From positions 1 through 64,000 of the forward strand of contig JBEUKZ010000084.1 in assembly GCA_048128005.1 (NCBI GenBank): 64,000 nucleotides of DNA, written 5' to 3'. Position numbers and translations under genes: made by a program. This DNA is from Veleropilina oligotropha (taxonomy: Eukaryota). Shown piece after piece: positions 37,286-50,860 of the stretch. The notes under the pieces are model-generated. The model saw nothing but the letters and a program-made list of their open reading frames with translations, did no database searches and had not been told where the DNA came from. Numbering within the stretch: the stretch's first letter is position 1; every line of letters starts with the position of its first letter.

Positions 37286-39635
37286 TTCCAATCTATAAAT
37301 GATATAAATAAAACAAGATAAGACCTAGATGCTTCAAAGAATATATAGTTCCTTGTTTATTTTTCGTTTTATTACCAGGCGCGGATACAGAGGGCGCCCC
37401 CCCCCCCCCCCCTAAAGTTGGCCAAGCATACTAAAATAATATGTAGATACAAAATTTAATATCATTCGGTACGTTATAAATACGCAAAAATACTAAAGTT
37501 GAATTTTATTAGTATACACAATATTGTACCGTAATTATGATATTAACATTGGCTAAAATTGCATCTAGGCTTATAGCATTTATAACCAAACTCATGTATA
37601 CCATTTGGTCATTATTATAACGGTACTAAAGTATTATTATTCCGAACCCGCTCGACCCGATTGGCTACTGGATAAGTTAAGAATGTGAAATCGGCGCTTC
37701 TTTGAATCCTATATAATACTCAACCAAAAAAGAAACGAACACCCCACTTTTATAGACTTTAACTAGGTTATCACTTTGCCAAAAATTAAGGCAAGAAAAC
37801 ATGTCTGAGACACTAACTTTCTTTCCTTCATTAATGAAATAAATGAAAGGTAATTTTCCCCGCCAACAAAAATTTGCGTTGAATATTAAAATGTAAAACA
37901 TCCGTGCGTGTGACCGCCCGACTGTGTAAATTATCTTTTTCGGAGCGTATAACAAGAGCAACAACTATGTCAATAATCGTTGCACAACATTAAAATTAGC
38001 AAAATGCACCAGTTCACCAACTGCTTAAATACACCCTCGCAATTTTGTAAAGATACAACCAGATGTGATCGTACATAAAAGGAATTAACACCATAAGTTA
38101 ACCTAAATCTACAGCAACGTACGTAATCAATATATTATAGTCATTTTATGTTTCAGGTTGGTCGGAAGTGCGGCACTCAAATGTTAATTTAAACCAAACT
38201 GTTAAAGTTAAAATAAAAAAATGACCGTGACAACTTAAGAATGGTAAAAAATTAAATATTTAAATGTGATCCACAGTCACTACAGTAGTTGCGATTATAA
38301 AAAAAAGATAAACACAAACCTATAATGATCTACGATATTTTAAAGTATTTTTTAATATATTTTCACCACTTGTAATATACCGTAGCGATACAATACTACA
38401 CGAATTAAATCAGTCCATGATACATGACAATAATGTTTGATTTATGTTATTTTAAATATGGTATAACGTGAAAGTTGAAAATGATCATTTATAATAATAT
38501 ACAGTAACTAGCAATGTTTGACCTTCGTACTTGTCCATGATGTCGCTTTTTCGTCCATCTCTTTTTTTCTTAAATGTGAAACTTTCCACTATCCATATTT
38601 ACTTTCTTTATCAAAGGAGTCGGCCATAATAATAAAATAAACACGAAGAAACAGTCATGCCAAATTACGTGTTTTATCTATAACCGTTTATGTTTACAGG
38701 AATCTAGTCATTTTACATTTTTTTGATCATCGGTAAACTTCTTTATCTATCCTGTGATATTTTGCATGTATTCGTTCATATCTATGTGAGGACCACAACG
38801 GAAATAAGTTGTTTTCAACTTTTTGTGTTATCCTTGGCATCTTTATTTATAAGTTATGGTTCCTTTCATATCCTTGTGTTATTACCAATCCCATGTTATT
38901 TTTATTTGTAAAGTAATGTTTCTCAAGTATTATGCTGATATTGTGCCAAATAAATCCAATCAAATCAAATACGCTAAAAATCGGTGATTCCTGATGTTTA
39001 TACGCTAGATATGGGGAAAGCCCGTAACATGCGCAGCGCCATCTATAATTATCTCCCTTATTTCGTAGCGACTTCGCCCATTAGACGTGGTATGTTCCCT
39101 TCAATGATATTTCATGGGCATGTTTCTGTGGCAAGGTGTTGAATGGATGCTATTTAAATAAAAACAGAACTAAGTAATTGAAAAATAATTCAAAAAAATA
39201 CAGAATATTAAAAAGTGTTTGATCTTATTGATTTTGTACCCCCGCAACATGGCTCGTTCCATATATGCTTGCTGCCTATCTGTGCCCCGAATCAGGAATG
39301 TACAAGAGGGGGACAGGTTGAGTGATAAAGTGATCTTAGACAAACAGTCAAGTGTTTGCACAAAACCTGTTAATAGAGGAGTTAACATGTTTACATATTA
39401 TGCATGCAGTAGATTGCCTTGTTTCTTTCTGTCATTATGTAAATTGATTGTAAATATCAAGCCATGCCAGTAACTAACCATATGTTATACGTTATAGAGA
39501 TGAGTGTAGGTAAAAATGGCCAGGGTAAAAATGGCCAAGGTAAAAATGGCCATGGTAAAAATGTCAAGGGATAATGTGTCAGGTAGGTAAGAATGGCCAA
39601 GGTAAAAATGGCCAGATGATTTAATATTTAGATTA

Positions 39636-40335
39636 CCGTATTTATTCCATATATCGCGCCGGGCGCGTAACTTTTATTTTGAAGGGGGCGCCATAAATAG
39701 GGCCATAATATTATGTTATAATTTCTTACTACTTTTCTTGAAATAGACATTAAGTCTGTCCACCATTAGTTAGTTTTACACCAGTAAATTGAATATAATA
39801 TTCAATTTCCAATCCTCCAGCTATCGGCGAATGTGTATAGTAGGCCAACTCATCAGTGGTTACGATGCAAACAACTTTTCCGCCATGTTTCAGAGACAAA
39901 TGGACAAGTTTGCTTATTTCTCTCGGAACATGTCTCAACATTTCGTTGTCTAATTTTATCGCTACTGCGTATTTATCGAAATCATTGTTATTTTCGATAC
40001 CTGTGGCCAATTTCTGTCCAATATATCGAATCCACGCAGATTTATTAACGTGACAGCCTCTTACATGCGATGCGACCTCGTACACGAACATTGTCAAACC
40101 GATTCTCCGACAACATCGGTCGAGTAGCATCGGTACATGTCGATAGTTTCCGTCATGTCTGTTGCAGAAACTCTCGTCTCGTTCACCGACTGTATCCGTA
40201 AACAACAACACTATCGTTATATTTACTAAGTGCTGTACATGCCGACGACGGTAGGAAAATATCCGTGAAAAAGCCAAATTGAAAAAGTTGGGGGCGCTAT
40301 ATTTGGAAGTGGCGCGATATATGGAATAAATACGG
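39636..40335 (-). mobile_element. TA-flanked TIR element (25-bp perfect TIR CCGTATTTATTCCATATATCGCGCC) carrying a HIRAN-like ORF
   Basis: TA|CCGTA...TACGG|TA. Confidence 0.9.
39750..40091 (-). CDS. HIRAN-like domain protein (~113 aa, possibly decaying)
   Basis: SHVRGCH..K..W...IGQKL...E.NNDFDKYAVAI.....HVPREIS......HGG.V.C.VT....GGLEI fits the HIRAN pattern (E..N..D..AV...GH.P). Confidence 0.65.
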   Translation of the reverse strand: MFVYEVASHVRGCHVNKSAWIRYIGQKLATGIENNNDFDKYAVAIKLDNEMLRHVPREISKLVHLSLKHGGKVVCIVTTDELAYYTHSPIAGGLEIEYYIQFTGVKLTNGGQT

Positions 40336-42353
40336 TAACCACCTTATAACATAATTATATATTAAAGAATGATTATGCAAGATGAAAATAACAATATGTA
40401 CGCCAATATGTTCAACAACAACTGCGACTCTTCAATTAATGATATATTTCTCCGGTAAAGTAATGCTATGTTTTCATGAATCATTATCTTAACTTTCTTA
40501 CATACATATAAGATAAATACAGATTTTTAATTATTTTAGTTAACTTTCCTATTATTCTTTTATGCTCTTATCGTTGATTATTCTTAAAAATAATCATTAA
40601 TTTACCTCTATTTTTACTCTGGCCATTTTTACCTTGGCCATTTTTACCAACCTGACACATTTTCTCTTGCCATTTTTACCATGGCCATTTTTACCTTGGC
40701 CATTTTTACCCTGGCCATTTTTACCGCGCACCAGAGAGACAATAGGAGTGTGTCAATTAATGTGATTAGGTTAATGTTTTTCGGCGTTCATTACTTGCGC
40801 TGTTTGGTTTTCACGTCGCTTTTGTCATTTTGCATGCGTAGTAGTCGCACTCTGATATCGAGTGATATTTTTGGACTGCACCCATAAGTAGATCATATAA
40901 GATGGATTAGGATACATATATTAAGTATTTTCTTATGCTTGAGTCAATGGTTTTCATGAAATATGACTACCAGTTTAATGTGTCCACTCTTTGGTCATTA
41001 TGTAAATGCATGCCTTTCACCCGAATGGATTTAAGAGGATGTGGGTTTTGTTCACTGTGGGAACTTTCCTATTTAACTGTGTGCTATTAGACAAGGTTTA
41101 TTCAACTTCATATGCTCGCCTTTCTCTTGTTGTGCAAATTTTACTTCATTTCCGTAAGATTGTGTTTGCTTAAGTGGTTTTCTGTTATTTCTAATCTGGA
41201 CGACTGGTGCAACCATGTCGCAGATGGAATAGTACTGTGTATGAGTTTGGACCTGAATCTCATTCAATATTCGAGAACGGATGACACTGGTTTTGATGTG
41301 GATTACGTTGTAGGTGTATCCACACTCCCAGATTAGTCGAAGGTGGCTGAGTTGAGTGAATTTCATAAAATCATACTTCAACAGGTGACTGGCATGAGCG
41401 ATTGTTTAACCTGCGAGTGACCATTATGTTTGCTCGCTACATTTCCGCCCCCTTCCGTTGTGGTACTTGGCACATATTCAGCTAAATCTGCATGGGATTA
41501 AACTACAAATTGCACCGATCTCTCCTAATGTGTATTCTATTGTTTAGCATCTGAATTATAAGCACTTCAACGAAAAGTAAATTCATCAGAATAACACGAG
41601 ATCGACGACTCTAGGCATGAAAGCACATCTCTTGTCTTTCAGGCAGATTATGAGATTAGATTCGTAGTGAAACTTGCTCGGATCACAAGCATAATCATGG
41701 CCCGCATTATTGGTTACCATGTCACAACGATCTCTCTGATTCATGGGTTAAGCTACAGCGAATTGATGTTGATACATCATTCAATAAGAGCAGGATAGGT
41801 TGGTTGACGAATAACGACCGTTTTGCATATTTGATGGATTAGTGGAGACATTCAGGATGTAGAATATAATATGTTTTAAATACGTTGATTGCAATATGAT
41901 TTGCAGGATACTTCTGTCAGTTACGACCATTGTTGACTTATCGGTTGATCATTTTCTGAATTACAGTGCATGAAAACAGGTAAATTAGTAACAAATATTC
42001 AATAAAGTTACAAGGCCATTACCTCTGTCTGTTTTTAGAAGGTAAATATATACCACTGTAAGAAAAGGCACCTTTACGAGAGGCCACGGCTTGGCATAAT
42101 TTTTGTGATCATCTCTTCATAGTGGTTGCCCCATCCTCATGCTACGGTATTGAGAATGGCAATAAACACCTTCAAATCGATATAATATGCTTTATGATAA
42201 TTGATTTAGACAGATGGCTAGAATATTTACGTTTATATTGAATAGCACAAAATATATTTGAAAAACACAAATAATGCATATGTGAGCAAACAGATAAAAC
42301 TATAGAGTGAATCAATTGAATAAGTTACAATATTTTATCTGTATACATGGTTG

Positions 42354-43513
42354 TTGTGTCGCCTTGCAAAAGCAAGGCGACATATAGGGATCGATATGCG
42401 GCATCGGTGTCGGCGGCGTCCGGACAATGGTTTCCGTGCGATAAGTTTTGAAGGAATGCTTTGATTTCCATGAAACTTTCTACACTTACTTGTGGCATCA
42501 ATTCACCGCATAAGTTCGATTTTCAACCGTTCCGATGTTCAAGATGGCCGCCAGTGGCCATTTTGGATTTTGTCACCCGAAGTGGTGTTGTCCGTGCGAT
42601 AGCATTTGAAGGAATGCTTTGATTTTGAAAGTTTCTACACGTACTTGTGGCATCAATTCACCGCCTAAGTTCAAATTTCAACCAGTTCCGATGTTCAAGA
42701 TGGCCACCAGTGGCCATCTTGGATTTTTGTCACCCGAAGTGGTTTGCGTGCGATAACTTTTGAAGGAATGCTTTGATTTCTGTGAAACTTTCTACAATTA
42801 CTTGTGGCATCAATTCACCGCATAAGTTCGATTTTCAACCGTTCCGATGTTCAAGATGGCCGCCAGTGGCCATTTTGGATTTTGTCACCCGAAGTGGTGT
42901 TGTCCGTGCGATAACTTTTGAAGGAATGCTTTGATTTTCATGAAACTTTTTACAATTACTTGTGGCATCAATTCACCGCCTAAGTTCGATTTTCAACCAG
43001 TTCCCATGTTCAAGATGGCCGCCAGTGGCCATTTTGCCTTTTGTCATCCGAAGTAGTTTGCGTGCGATAACTTGTGAAGGAATGCTTTGATTTTCATGAA
43101 ACTTTCTACAATTACTTGTGGCATCAATTCACCGCCTAAGGTGGATTTTCAATCAGTTCCCATATTCAAGATGGCCGCCATGCAGTTGCCATCTTGGATT
43201 TTGTCACCCGAAGTGGTTTCCGTGCTATAACTTTTAAAGGAATGTTATGATTTTCATGGAACTTTCTACAATTATATGTGGCATCAATTCAACGCCTAAG
43301 GTCAATTTCAACCAGTTCCGATATTCAAGATGGCCGCCAGTGGCCATCTTGGAATTTTGTCACCAAAAATGGTTTCCGTACAATAACTTTGAAGGAATGC
43401 TTTGATTTCCATGAAACTTTATTTGGATTCTTTGGCAGTTTCGTGAAACTCTGTGTATTCCTTCAAGAATAACTGTCCCGTAGGCGACACATCCACTTCC
43501 GTAGAATTCTTGT
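42354..43513 (+). mobile_element. Helentron-associated element H3 with ~6 tandem ~157-bp cores
   Basis: subTIR tgtgtcgcct / aggcgacaca, 5' hairpin gtcgccttgcaaaagcaaggcgac, repeated ggaatgctttgatt...caagatggccgcc. Confidence 0.85.
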
Positions 43514-43595
43514 GTTTGTTGAGTCCTACTGTTGTCAAAGCCATATGGTAGCCAATTTATTGTAACTGTGGTATATATATGTCATCCTGGATGGA

Positions 43596-43806
43596 TGATG
43601 ATGATGAATTGAGTTTAACGACCATGCCAACAGTATTACAGTTATAAATCGGGTCAATCAACTTTGAATTGAATGATGAAATGAAGTGGTGCTGTGTGCA
43701 ATATAGAGGCAACGATCATTGGAAAAATCCCCAGCACTCCTGAGGCTTGAACCCGTGACCTCCCATTAGTAGACCAACACTGTATCCACTCGGCCATGCT
43801 CACCCC
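43596..43806 (-). mobile_element. Family B tRNA-derived SINE with (CAT)n tail
   Basis: A-box tggccgagtgg and B-box gggttcaagcc on the minus strand; 14-bp TSD tcatcct(g/t)gatgga. Confidence 0.85.
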
Positions 43807-43949
43807 TCATCCTTGATGGAATCATTCAAAGTTTGTCAACCAGATTTACGACAGAAAAATTTGTTGGCGTAGTTGTTAAACAGTAAGTCATCAATTCTGT
43901 GTAAAATGTTTGCAGTCAAATATTGTTCTCCTGCATCAATTTCATTTAA

Positions 43950-44855
43950 TTATGCCCCCACAAACGAAGTTTAGGGGGGGCATATAGGAGTCAGCTTGTC
44001 TGTCTGTCCGTCGTCCGGTCTGTTGCAAATTCCCTTCCGCTCCATATCCCGGACACTATTTGACCGAAGGACACAAAACTTTGTGTGCATGCGTCATAAC
44101 CCAAAGGTGTGTCGCGTACCGAAAGTAGGTCACCACGACCTACTTTTCATGCTTGACTGCACTGAATCCAAAATTCCCTTCCGCTCCATATCTCCCATAC
44201 TATTTGACCGAGGGACACGAAACTTGATGTGTGCTTGCATCATAACCCAAAGGTGTGTCGCGTACCGAAAGTAGGTCACCACGACCTTCTTTTCATGCTT
44301 GACTGCACTTGATACGAAATTCCCTTCCGCTCCATATCTCCCATATTATTTGACCGATGGACATGAAACTTGATGTGTGCATGCGTCGTAATACAAAGGT
44401 ATGTCGCGTATCAAAAGTAGGTCACTGCGACCTACTTTTCGGACTTGACCGCATTTGGTCCACAATTCCATTCCGCTCCATATCTTCCATACTATTAGAC
44501 CGAGGGACACGAAACTTGATGTGTTTATGGGTCACAATCCAAAGGTTTTTCGCATACCAAAATTCCCTTCCGCTCTATATCTATTTGACCGAGGGACATG
44601 AAACTTCATATGTGTATGCATCATAACTGAAAGGTGTGTATGCGTCATAACTGAAAGGTATGTTGCGTACCGAAAGTAGGTCAACGCGACCTACTTTTCA
44701 CACTTGACCGCATTCAGTCTAAAATTCCCTTCCGCTCCATATCTCCCATACTATTTGACTGAGGGACATGAAACTTCATGTGTGTATGCAACAGCCTGTT
44801 CCTGTGTCAAACGCTTTCGTGGGGGCATGTGATCACTCCTGTGATAGCTCTAGTT
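43950..44855 (+). mobile_element. Helentron-associated element H1, longer copy (~5 cores of ~146 bp)
   Basis: Same ends and core as 21672-22128. Confidence 0.88.
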
Positions 44856-46364
44856 AACTTCATTTAAAGGTTAATCAAATAAGGTATCTGACTTTGTTAT
44901 CAAATTAGGAACCATTAAATTTTAGATATTTGTAAACTTTTTGGTTGTTTAATTTGCAAGAGTGACCAATAAATCAACAGTATATAAATAAGCTTACAAC
45001 TTTGCAGCACTATGCACCTTTAGCAATTGCAAGTTAATGTTGTACCTGATAAAATTCTGGTAGACTTCTGTCCAAAAATAGTCTTTACTGCACAAACACT
45101 GTGGGACACTGAAGAATTGGGTCAGATAGAGGTGTTATGCACCAACAAATATAATTACAGGTAGTCAAACACTAGTGGGCCAGGTAAGTGTTGTACATTA
45201 TTTAACTAGCGATCTTATCGGATTAATTTGCAATGTCACATATTCATAGCAAACTGAAGTCGGGATTTGTTACTGCCTGAGAATGACTACCATTTATTCA
45301 TTACTAATTTAGCTTCAACAAAATCATTTCCTGCTAAATAAATAAGGTTTGAGCATGTAGTTTTCAACACTGGAGTATTTCGGAATGTGGAAAAGTCGCA
45401 AGTCATGGTTTGATATATGTAGTAAACAATTACCAGTCATCATGTAGTAGTATATTATTTAATAAAAATAGGATAGTTCATATTTATATTTAGTTATCAC
45501 TTCTCTGAATTCATCTTCTAAGTTGTGTCCAAAGTCCTTGCAGTAATACTTATTTCATATCTTGAACCGTTATCAAGACTTACCGCAATCCACTTATATC
45601 CAGATTTTCATGAATCACTATTCAAATGTACTTCTGTTTTATAGGTTGATAATATATAGCAGGGGTGGCAACCCCCCCCCCCCCCCCCCCCACACACTTT
45701 TTTTATTTGATTTTTGTGAAACAATAGTATTCCAGTGACCAAACTAGTGTGTCGTCGCTCGCAGTGAAAAGCCGCACAGCTCTTGTATAATACTATTATA
45801 ATAATACTACAGAGTCCGACCACGTGCCAGCTGTGAACCAGACAGCACACTTGTCACAAATACACCGTGCGATGGGGGATAATCGTACGGTGTCTCAACT
45901 TCTTCGACATCGGGGAAGAATCGTAGATTTCTGGCAAAAATCTTTTCCATGGTTACATTAGATATGGTGCCCATACGGGCTAACACAATTTTTCGGGCTG
46001 TCAAATCGTGCGGACATCGCGTAACGTGACATTACAATTTCCGTACGGTCACCTTACGATCCCTGTAAGGTCATCTTACGACGTCCGCATTCTGTCTTGT
46101 CATCGTAATTAAGGATGCCGTGCGGATATCATACACTGGCTTCCTATGATCTCTTATGGAGTACGGCAATGCCTATGTCACAAATACATCGTAAGCGGAT
46201 AAGGCGCCCATACGATGTGTGTTATTAAAGATGTCGTACGGGCATCGGCGACATCCTACGGACATCGATGACTTTTTCGTCGATTTTGGGGTCATCATAG
46301 ATTCATTGGCAACTTTTAATGGGGAGTTATAATTTTTGACTGATCGTACAATTTTCCAAATATT

Positions 46365-46765
46365 GCACATAAACATGCACATGCCATGCGCATAGCGCCT
46401 ATCATAAACATGCACATGACATGCGCATAGCGCCTATCATAAACGCACATGACATGCCCATAGCGCCTATCATAAACGCGCATGACATGCGCATACCGCC
46501 TATCATAAACATGCACATGACATGCGCATAGCGCCTATCATAAACGCACATGACATGCGCATAGCGCCTATCATAAACATGTGCATAGCGCCTATCATAA
46601 ACGCACATGACATGCGCATAGCGCCTATCATAAACACGCATGACATGCGCATAGCGCCTATCATAAACACGCATGACGTGCATAGTGCCTATCATAAACA
46701 TGCACATGACATGCGCATAGCGCCTATCATAAACGCGCATGACATGCGCATAGCGCCTATCATAA
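46365..46765. repeat. 33-35-bp minisatellite (CATGACATGCGCATAGCGCCTATCATAAACGCA)
   Basis: ~12 copies; probably internal to a non-autonomous element spanning ~45850-46830. Confidence 0.92.
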
Positions 46766-47899
46766 TCAATGAATAGTGCTAAAGTTTTAATGTCCAAATC
46801 TCGGATAATCGTTAGCGTAAATGTGACGTCATTGCGCTACATTCCAAATTCGGTCGAATGTCGTCTTGGCAATGTTCAGAATGATTCGGAGCTTAGAGGA
46901 TTTTACCGATCGAACCAAACTTAGGCCAGGACACGGAACGGTCAAAGTTGAGTCAATACATTTATGTCAATCACAATGGACAATGGAAGAAGGAATTAAG
47001 GCATTCTATTAAATAGTGATTTTAAAACTTTGTAATTAGTTGTAATAATTATATATATATGTTATATCTGAGTGCTCGTTTCTAGGTAGCACCTAGGCCT
47101 ACAACATACGAAAACACGTACTCGTCCTTTCGGCTATTTCTGCATGGATGGAAATGATGCACATGTGCAGAATTAACCGACAAGATGACTACCTGCGTAA
47201 ACAGGGGGTTAGCCAGTGAATCGGGATTTTAAAATACATTAATAAAATTTATTATGTAAAAATCATACACGATCAGAAAGAAAGGTGAAAAAATTTAACC
47301 AATATGATATGCTATGACTTAGTTGAACAACTGGCTTCCGGTGCCGTGTCAACGAATCGTTAGGTGCGCAGAGTTAACTGACAGCATCGTAACTTGCGAA
47401 AGAGGGAAATTCACTTAGTGACGGTGGTTCAAATCTAACAGTCAAATCTAAAAGGAGATGCGAACGATTTGAAAAAAAATGAAAAATTCACTCGTTTAAT
47501 TTGTGAAAAAGGTTTATAAATGTTGCTAAGAAATATGGCTTTCACACTGTCAGATCGCAGGAGACAGTGTTTCACACCGTTAATTGTCAAAATTTCACTC
47601 CGTGTGGGGCCACGTCCCCACGCGGACAGTTGATAGTACATTTTGGCTAAATTCAGCACCCCCACTTTCATAAAGGCTCCGCCGCCCCTGTATAGGTACC
47701 CTAGATTTTAGTGAAATAAGATTGCTTGTTCGTATATATGTAGTTAAAATTGATGCTATAAATTACTATGATATGCCCACATTGTTGATCCCAACACTTA
47801 GTCCCAATGTTAGATTGACGTTGTTATTAATGAGACGGTTAAATACACATTTTAGTTATTGAATGCAAATATATAGATGCAAATTATGAAGCTTCAAGC

Positions 47900-48496
47900 A
47901 AAGAGATATTTAAGACCTTAGGCTGGCTCACTATTACAGAAAAAATTCAAATGAACAAGGCAATCCTAATGTATAAAACGATAAACAAATTAAGTCCAAT
48001 TTATATCCAAAATTCTTCCACTTATATAAATGAAGTTAGCAGTAAACAAACTCGGTCAGTAACGTCCAACAAATTATATTTACCCAAGCCAGTTACGCAA
48101 TCTTTAAAACGGACCTTTAAATATTCTGGGGCTCAAATTTGGAATGACCTTCCACATACTGTGCAAAGATCAAAAGATGCAATTTGTTTCGAGCGACTAA
48201 TGAAACAACATATAATGTCCATGGATACCAGAAGACGCTAATTATTATTTTTGGTATCGGACTGGTATTTCATGATATATTTTGACACATTTGCTGTTTG
48301 ATTTGTTTTTTGTTTTTTGTTTTGTTTATATATATATAACTTCTGATACATCACTTCTGATGCTGTTCTGTAAATATGTACATTTTTATTCATTTTAATG
48401 TTAGAAAATAGGAGGGACTCAGGGAAGATTGGTAGCTGTATTACTAACTGTTCTCCCTCAATAAATAAAGATTTATTATTATTATTATTATTATTA
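47900..48496 (+). mobile_element. LINE 3' end (L2/Crack-like)
   Basis: LGWLTI..., LMYKTIN, P.YI, TRS, KRTFKYSGAQIWNDLP; 3' UTR ends AATAAAG followed by (TAT)n. Confidence 0.85.
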
Positions 48497-50188
48497 AATA
48501 TCAACATTGATAATGAATGTTGACTGAATCTAGATATATATCAATAAAATATTAGTGATGTTTGATATTTGCAATTGGTCATACTGCAAGTTCATGAATA
48601 ACATTTTAAAGTATTTATTCTATATGCATTGCATTTATAACATTTCCTAATGTCACACTTATTAATTGGACCGATCTAAGCATGGCTCATATTATGCAGG
48701 TGACAATGAATTAGCCGTGGACACAGCGGTGGATACCTCAATTTTTATTTATTTTTATTTTTATTCTGGCTTTGAACCTACTGGTTCCTAGCCTTTACAT
48801 ATTACATTATTAATAACCTCTGTGACATACATGTTTTGATATTTCTATGTAAATATTGTGTCGGCTGATCACAAAGAGTGTACATGTAATGGTACAGCCC
48901 AAGATCAAGTGATGTTCGTGAAGTAATGGCATATAACCGAGATATTCTTTAGGTGTGACCTAGCATGACTATTTATTTCTTTTCCTTTGTCAACACAACA
49001 GTGGATGTTACATTTTACACAGGTTAAATAAGAGGGGTGTGCATCAGCTGTAAACGAGACGATAATTGCTGTAGTATAACCACCCATGGTGACCCAGCTG
49101 GGTGTTGAAAAACGGGTTTATACTTTATCACAGGATCCAGGAGAGAGTGTCCAGATCAGTTTAGTTTCACAAATGGTATTTATTAATGTAACCAAGTGGT
49201 TAAATTTCAAGCTAACGGATTTAAATTACAAAAGCTGCTGTATTCAATCATTCAACTGAAGTTGTAATGAAGGACACTGAGCTCGTAATTTGTTGGTAGA
49301 GTGCAACAGGACAGGTTTGTTAATAATAGATTTTGGAATTAACATATTTAACCTTTTCACCTTAACGTGTTCCATGTACGTGAGTGGATGTGAGTATATA
49401 GTACTGTTGTATTCCGCGTAGCTTATACCATGTAATCTTTTAATAATTTATCACCTCTGGAGCACGGGTTGCTTATTATGACAGAACAATCACTGGCCAG
49501 GCTAGACCAGCAAATATATATAGGTTTTTGATCAGGTCATTTTTGGCAGATAATTGGTCAATTATCATTATCTACTACCGGTATATATATAATCACCAAG
49601 GCATGTATATAGTTACCAAAGTCATTAGATTATCAGGATTAACTCAAATGCGTATTTTGTATATATGCAAAAATGTTCTCCCTGAATCTTCTTTTTCAAT
49701 TGTTTCATATAGGTTTGCTTTCCCTGTGATTTCTTATGTTTAAACTGGCTGTTATTATCAATTGATCAAATTTCATGGAGTTTTGGGGTCCAAGGGAGAT
49801 AATCATGCATTTAATCTGTATGCATGCCCTCATATCTGGCTGCTATTCTCTGATATCCAACCAATCTGATTTCCAAGTGTCATTATGGCTGATTTTGCAT
49901 AACAACTCTAACGTGAAGAATTTGTTTCTAGAATGCAATCGACTAATTACATCATGTATTTGTTTTCACAGGTTTGGAGCGCGGTCAATATAAGTGACAG
50001 CAGACTACATACTATGGATATGTAGCAGTTTGATGACCTTCACCGGACTGAGTGTTTTCTGGTGTTGTTGAGAATCTATCACATTGTGGCCTCATGCTGG
50101 TGCCATTTCTCTCACAGACAGATGAAGAAAGTCTCTGGAGATGGTAAATCTCTGATGTGGTTATTCTGGCTCGTAGTTGACCGTTTCG

Positions 50189-50414
50189 ATGGATAAAATG
50201 AGTAGTGCATCGAAGACCGATGAACACCTAAGATCCATCCTGCGATGTTGTCTCGTCGCTGTGGAAAACAGCATCAAGCGAATGCGATGGGAAGCTCTGG
50301 AGGAACTGCACATATCAGAGAAGGCTAGATCAACATTTTGTGGAGTATGCCACCAATCTGACCACCGCAGCATGGATTATGTCATAGCTGCTGGGGATTT
50401 CCCACATATACAAG
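50189..50414 (+). CDS. Probable first coding exon of the host RhoGEF gene (MDKMSSAS...FPHIQ)
   Basis: Acceptor ttttcacAG at 49970-49971; donor AAG|GTAAGA after 50414, phase 1, compatible with the next exon. Confidence 0.6.
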
Positions 50415-50643
50415 GTAAGAGTTGCTGCATGCACATGGCAGCAGATGCCTTATATTATTATGGTTGTTGAGAAATGTGAACTTCAATTGTTAAACCAGTG
50501 TGATGAATGGTCACCGTCTCCTGCAGAAAACACAAGTGGTTTAGATGCTCGCCGGGACATGATATTGTATTGTCACCATGGCATATTGTGTACATGATCA
50601 TTTATTTGAATATCTGTTTATTTTGCTGTTTTACATGCAACTA

Positions 50644-50860
50644 GGTCCATATTGTGGTCGAGTGGATACAGTGCTGGTCTAATAACGAGACATCCAGGAT
50701 TCAATTCCTGAAAGTTCTGGAGATTTTTCTCTTCATCGCTGCTTCCATTGGAATTTGCACACAGCACCAACTCATTTTATCATTCAAAGTTGATTGACCC
50801 GATTTATTACTGAAATACTGTTGCCGTGATTGTTTAACATCAATAATTCATCTTCATCAT
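50644..50860 (+). mobile_element. Family B SINE
   Basis: Matches the reverse complement of 43596-43806 (gtcgagtggatacagtg, ttcaaagttgattgacccgattt, (CAT)n). Confidence 0.8.

Larger units (their letters stand above)
36381..39082. mobile_element. Non-autonomous TIR element with 16-bp perfect TIRs, containing two SINEs
   Basis: AATGGGCGAAGTCGCT at 36381; AGCGACTTCGCCCATT at 39067-39082. Confidence 0.65.
39502..40732. mobile_element. MITE with modular TIRs of GGTAAAAATGGCCA repeats (Mutator-like)
   Basis: Repeats at 39509-39615 are inverted at ~40612-40732. Confidence 0.85.

Noticed and set aside
41900..45190. Candidate small exons (~41908-41979; donor near 45184)
   Set aside because: Splice-like signals only, with no coding or comparative support.
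46173..46797. ORFs with YDRRYAHVM repeats
   Set aside because: Translation of the 33-35-bp minisatellite.
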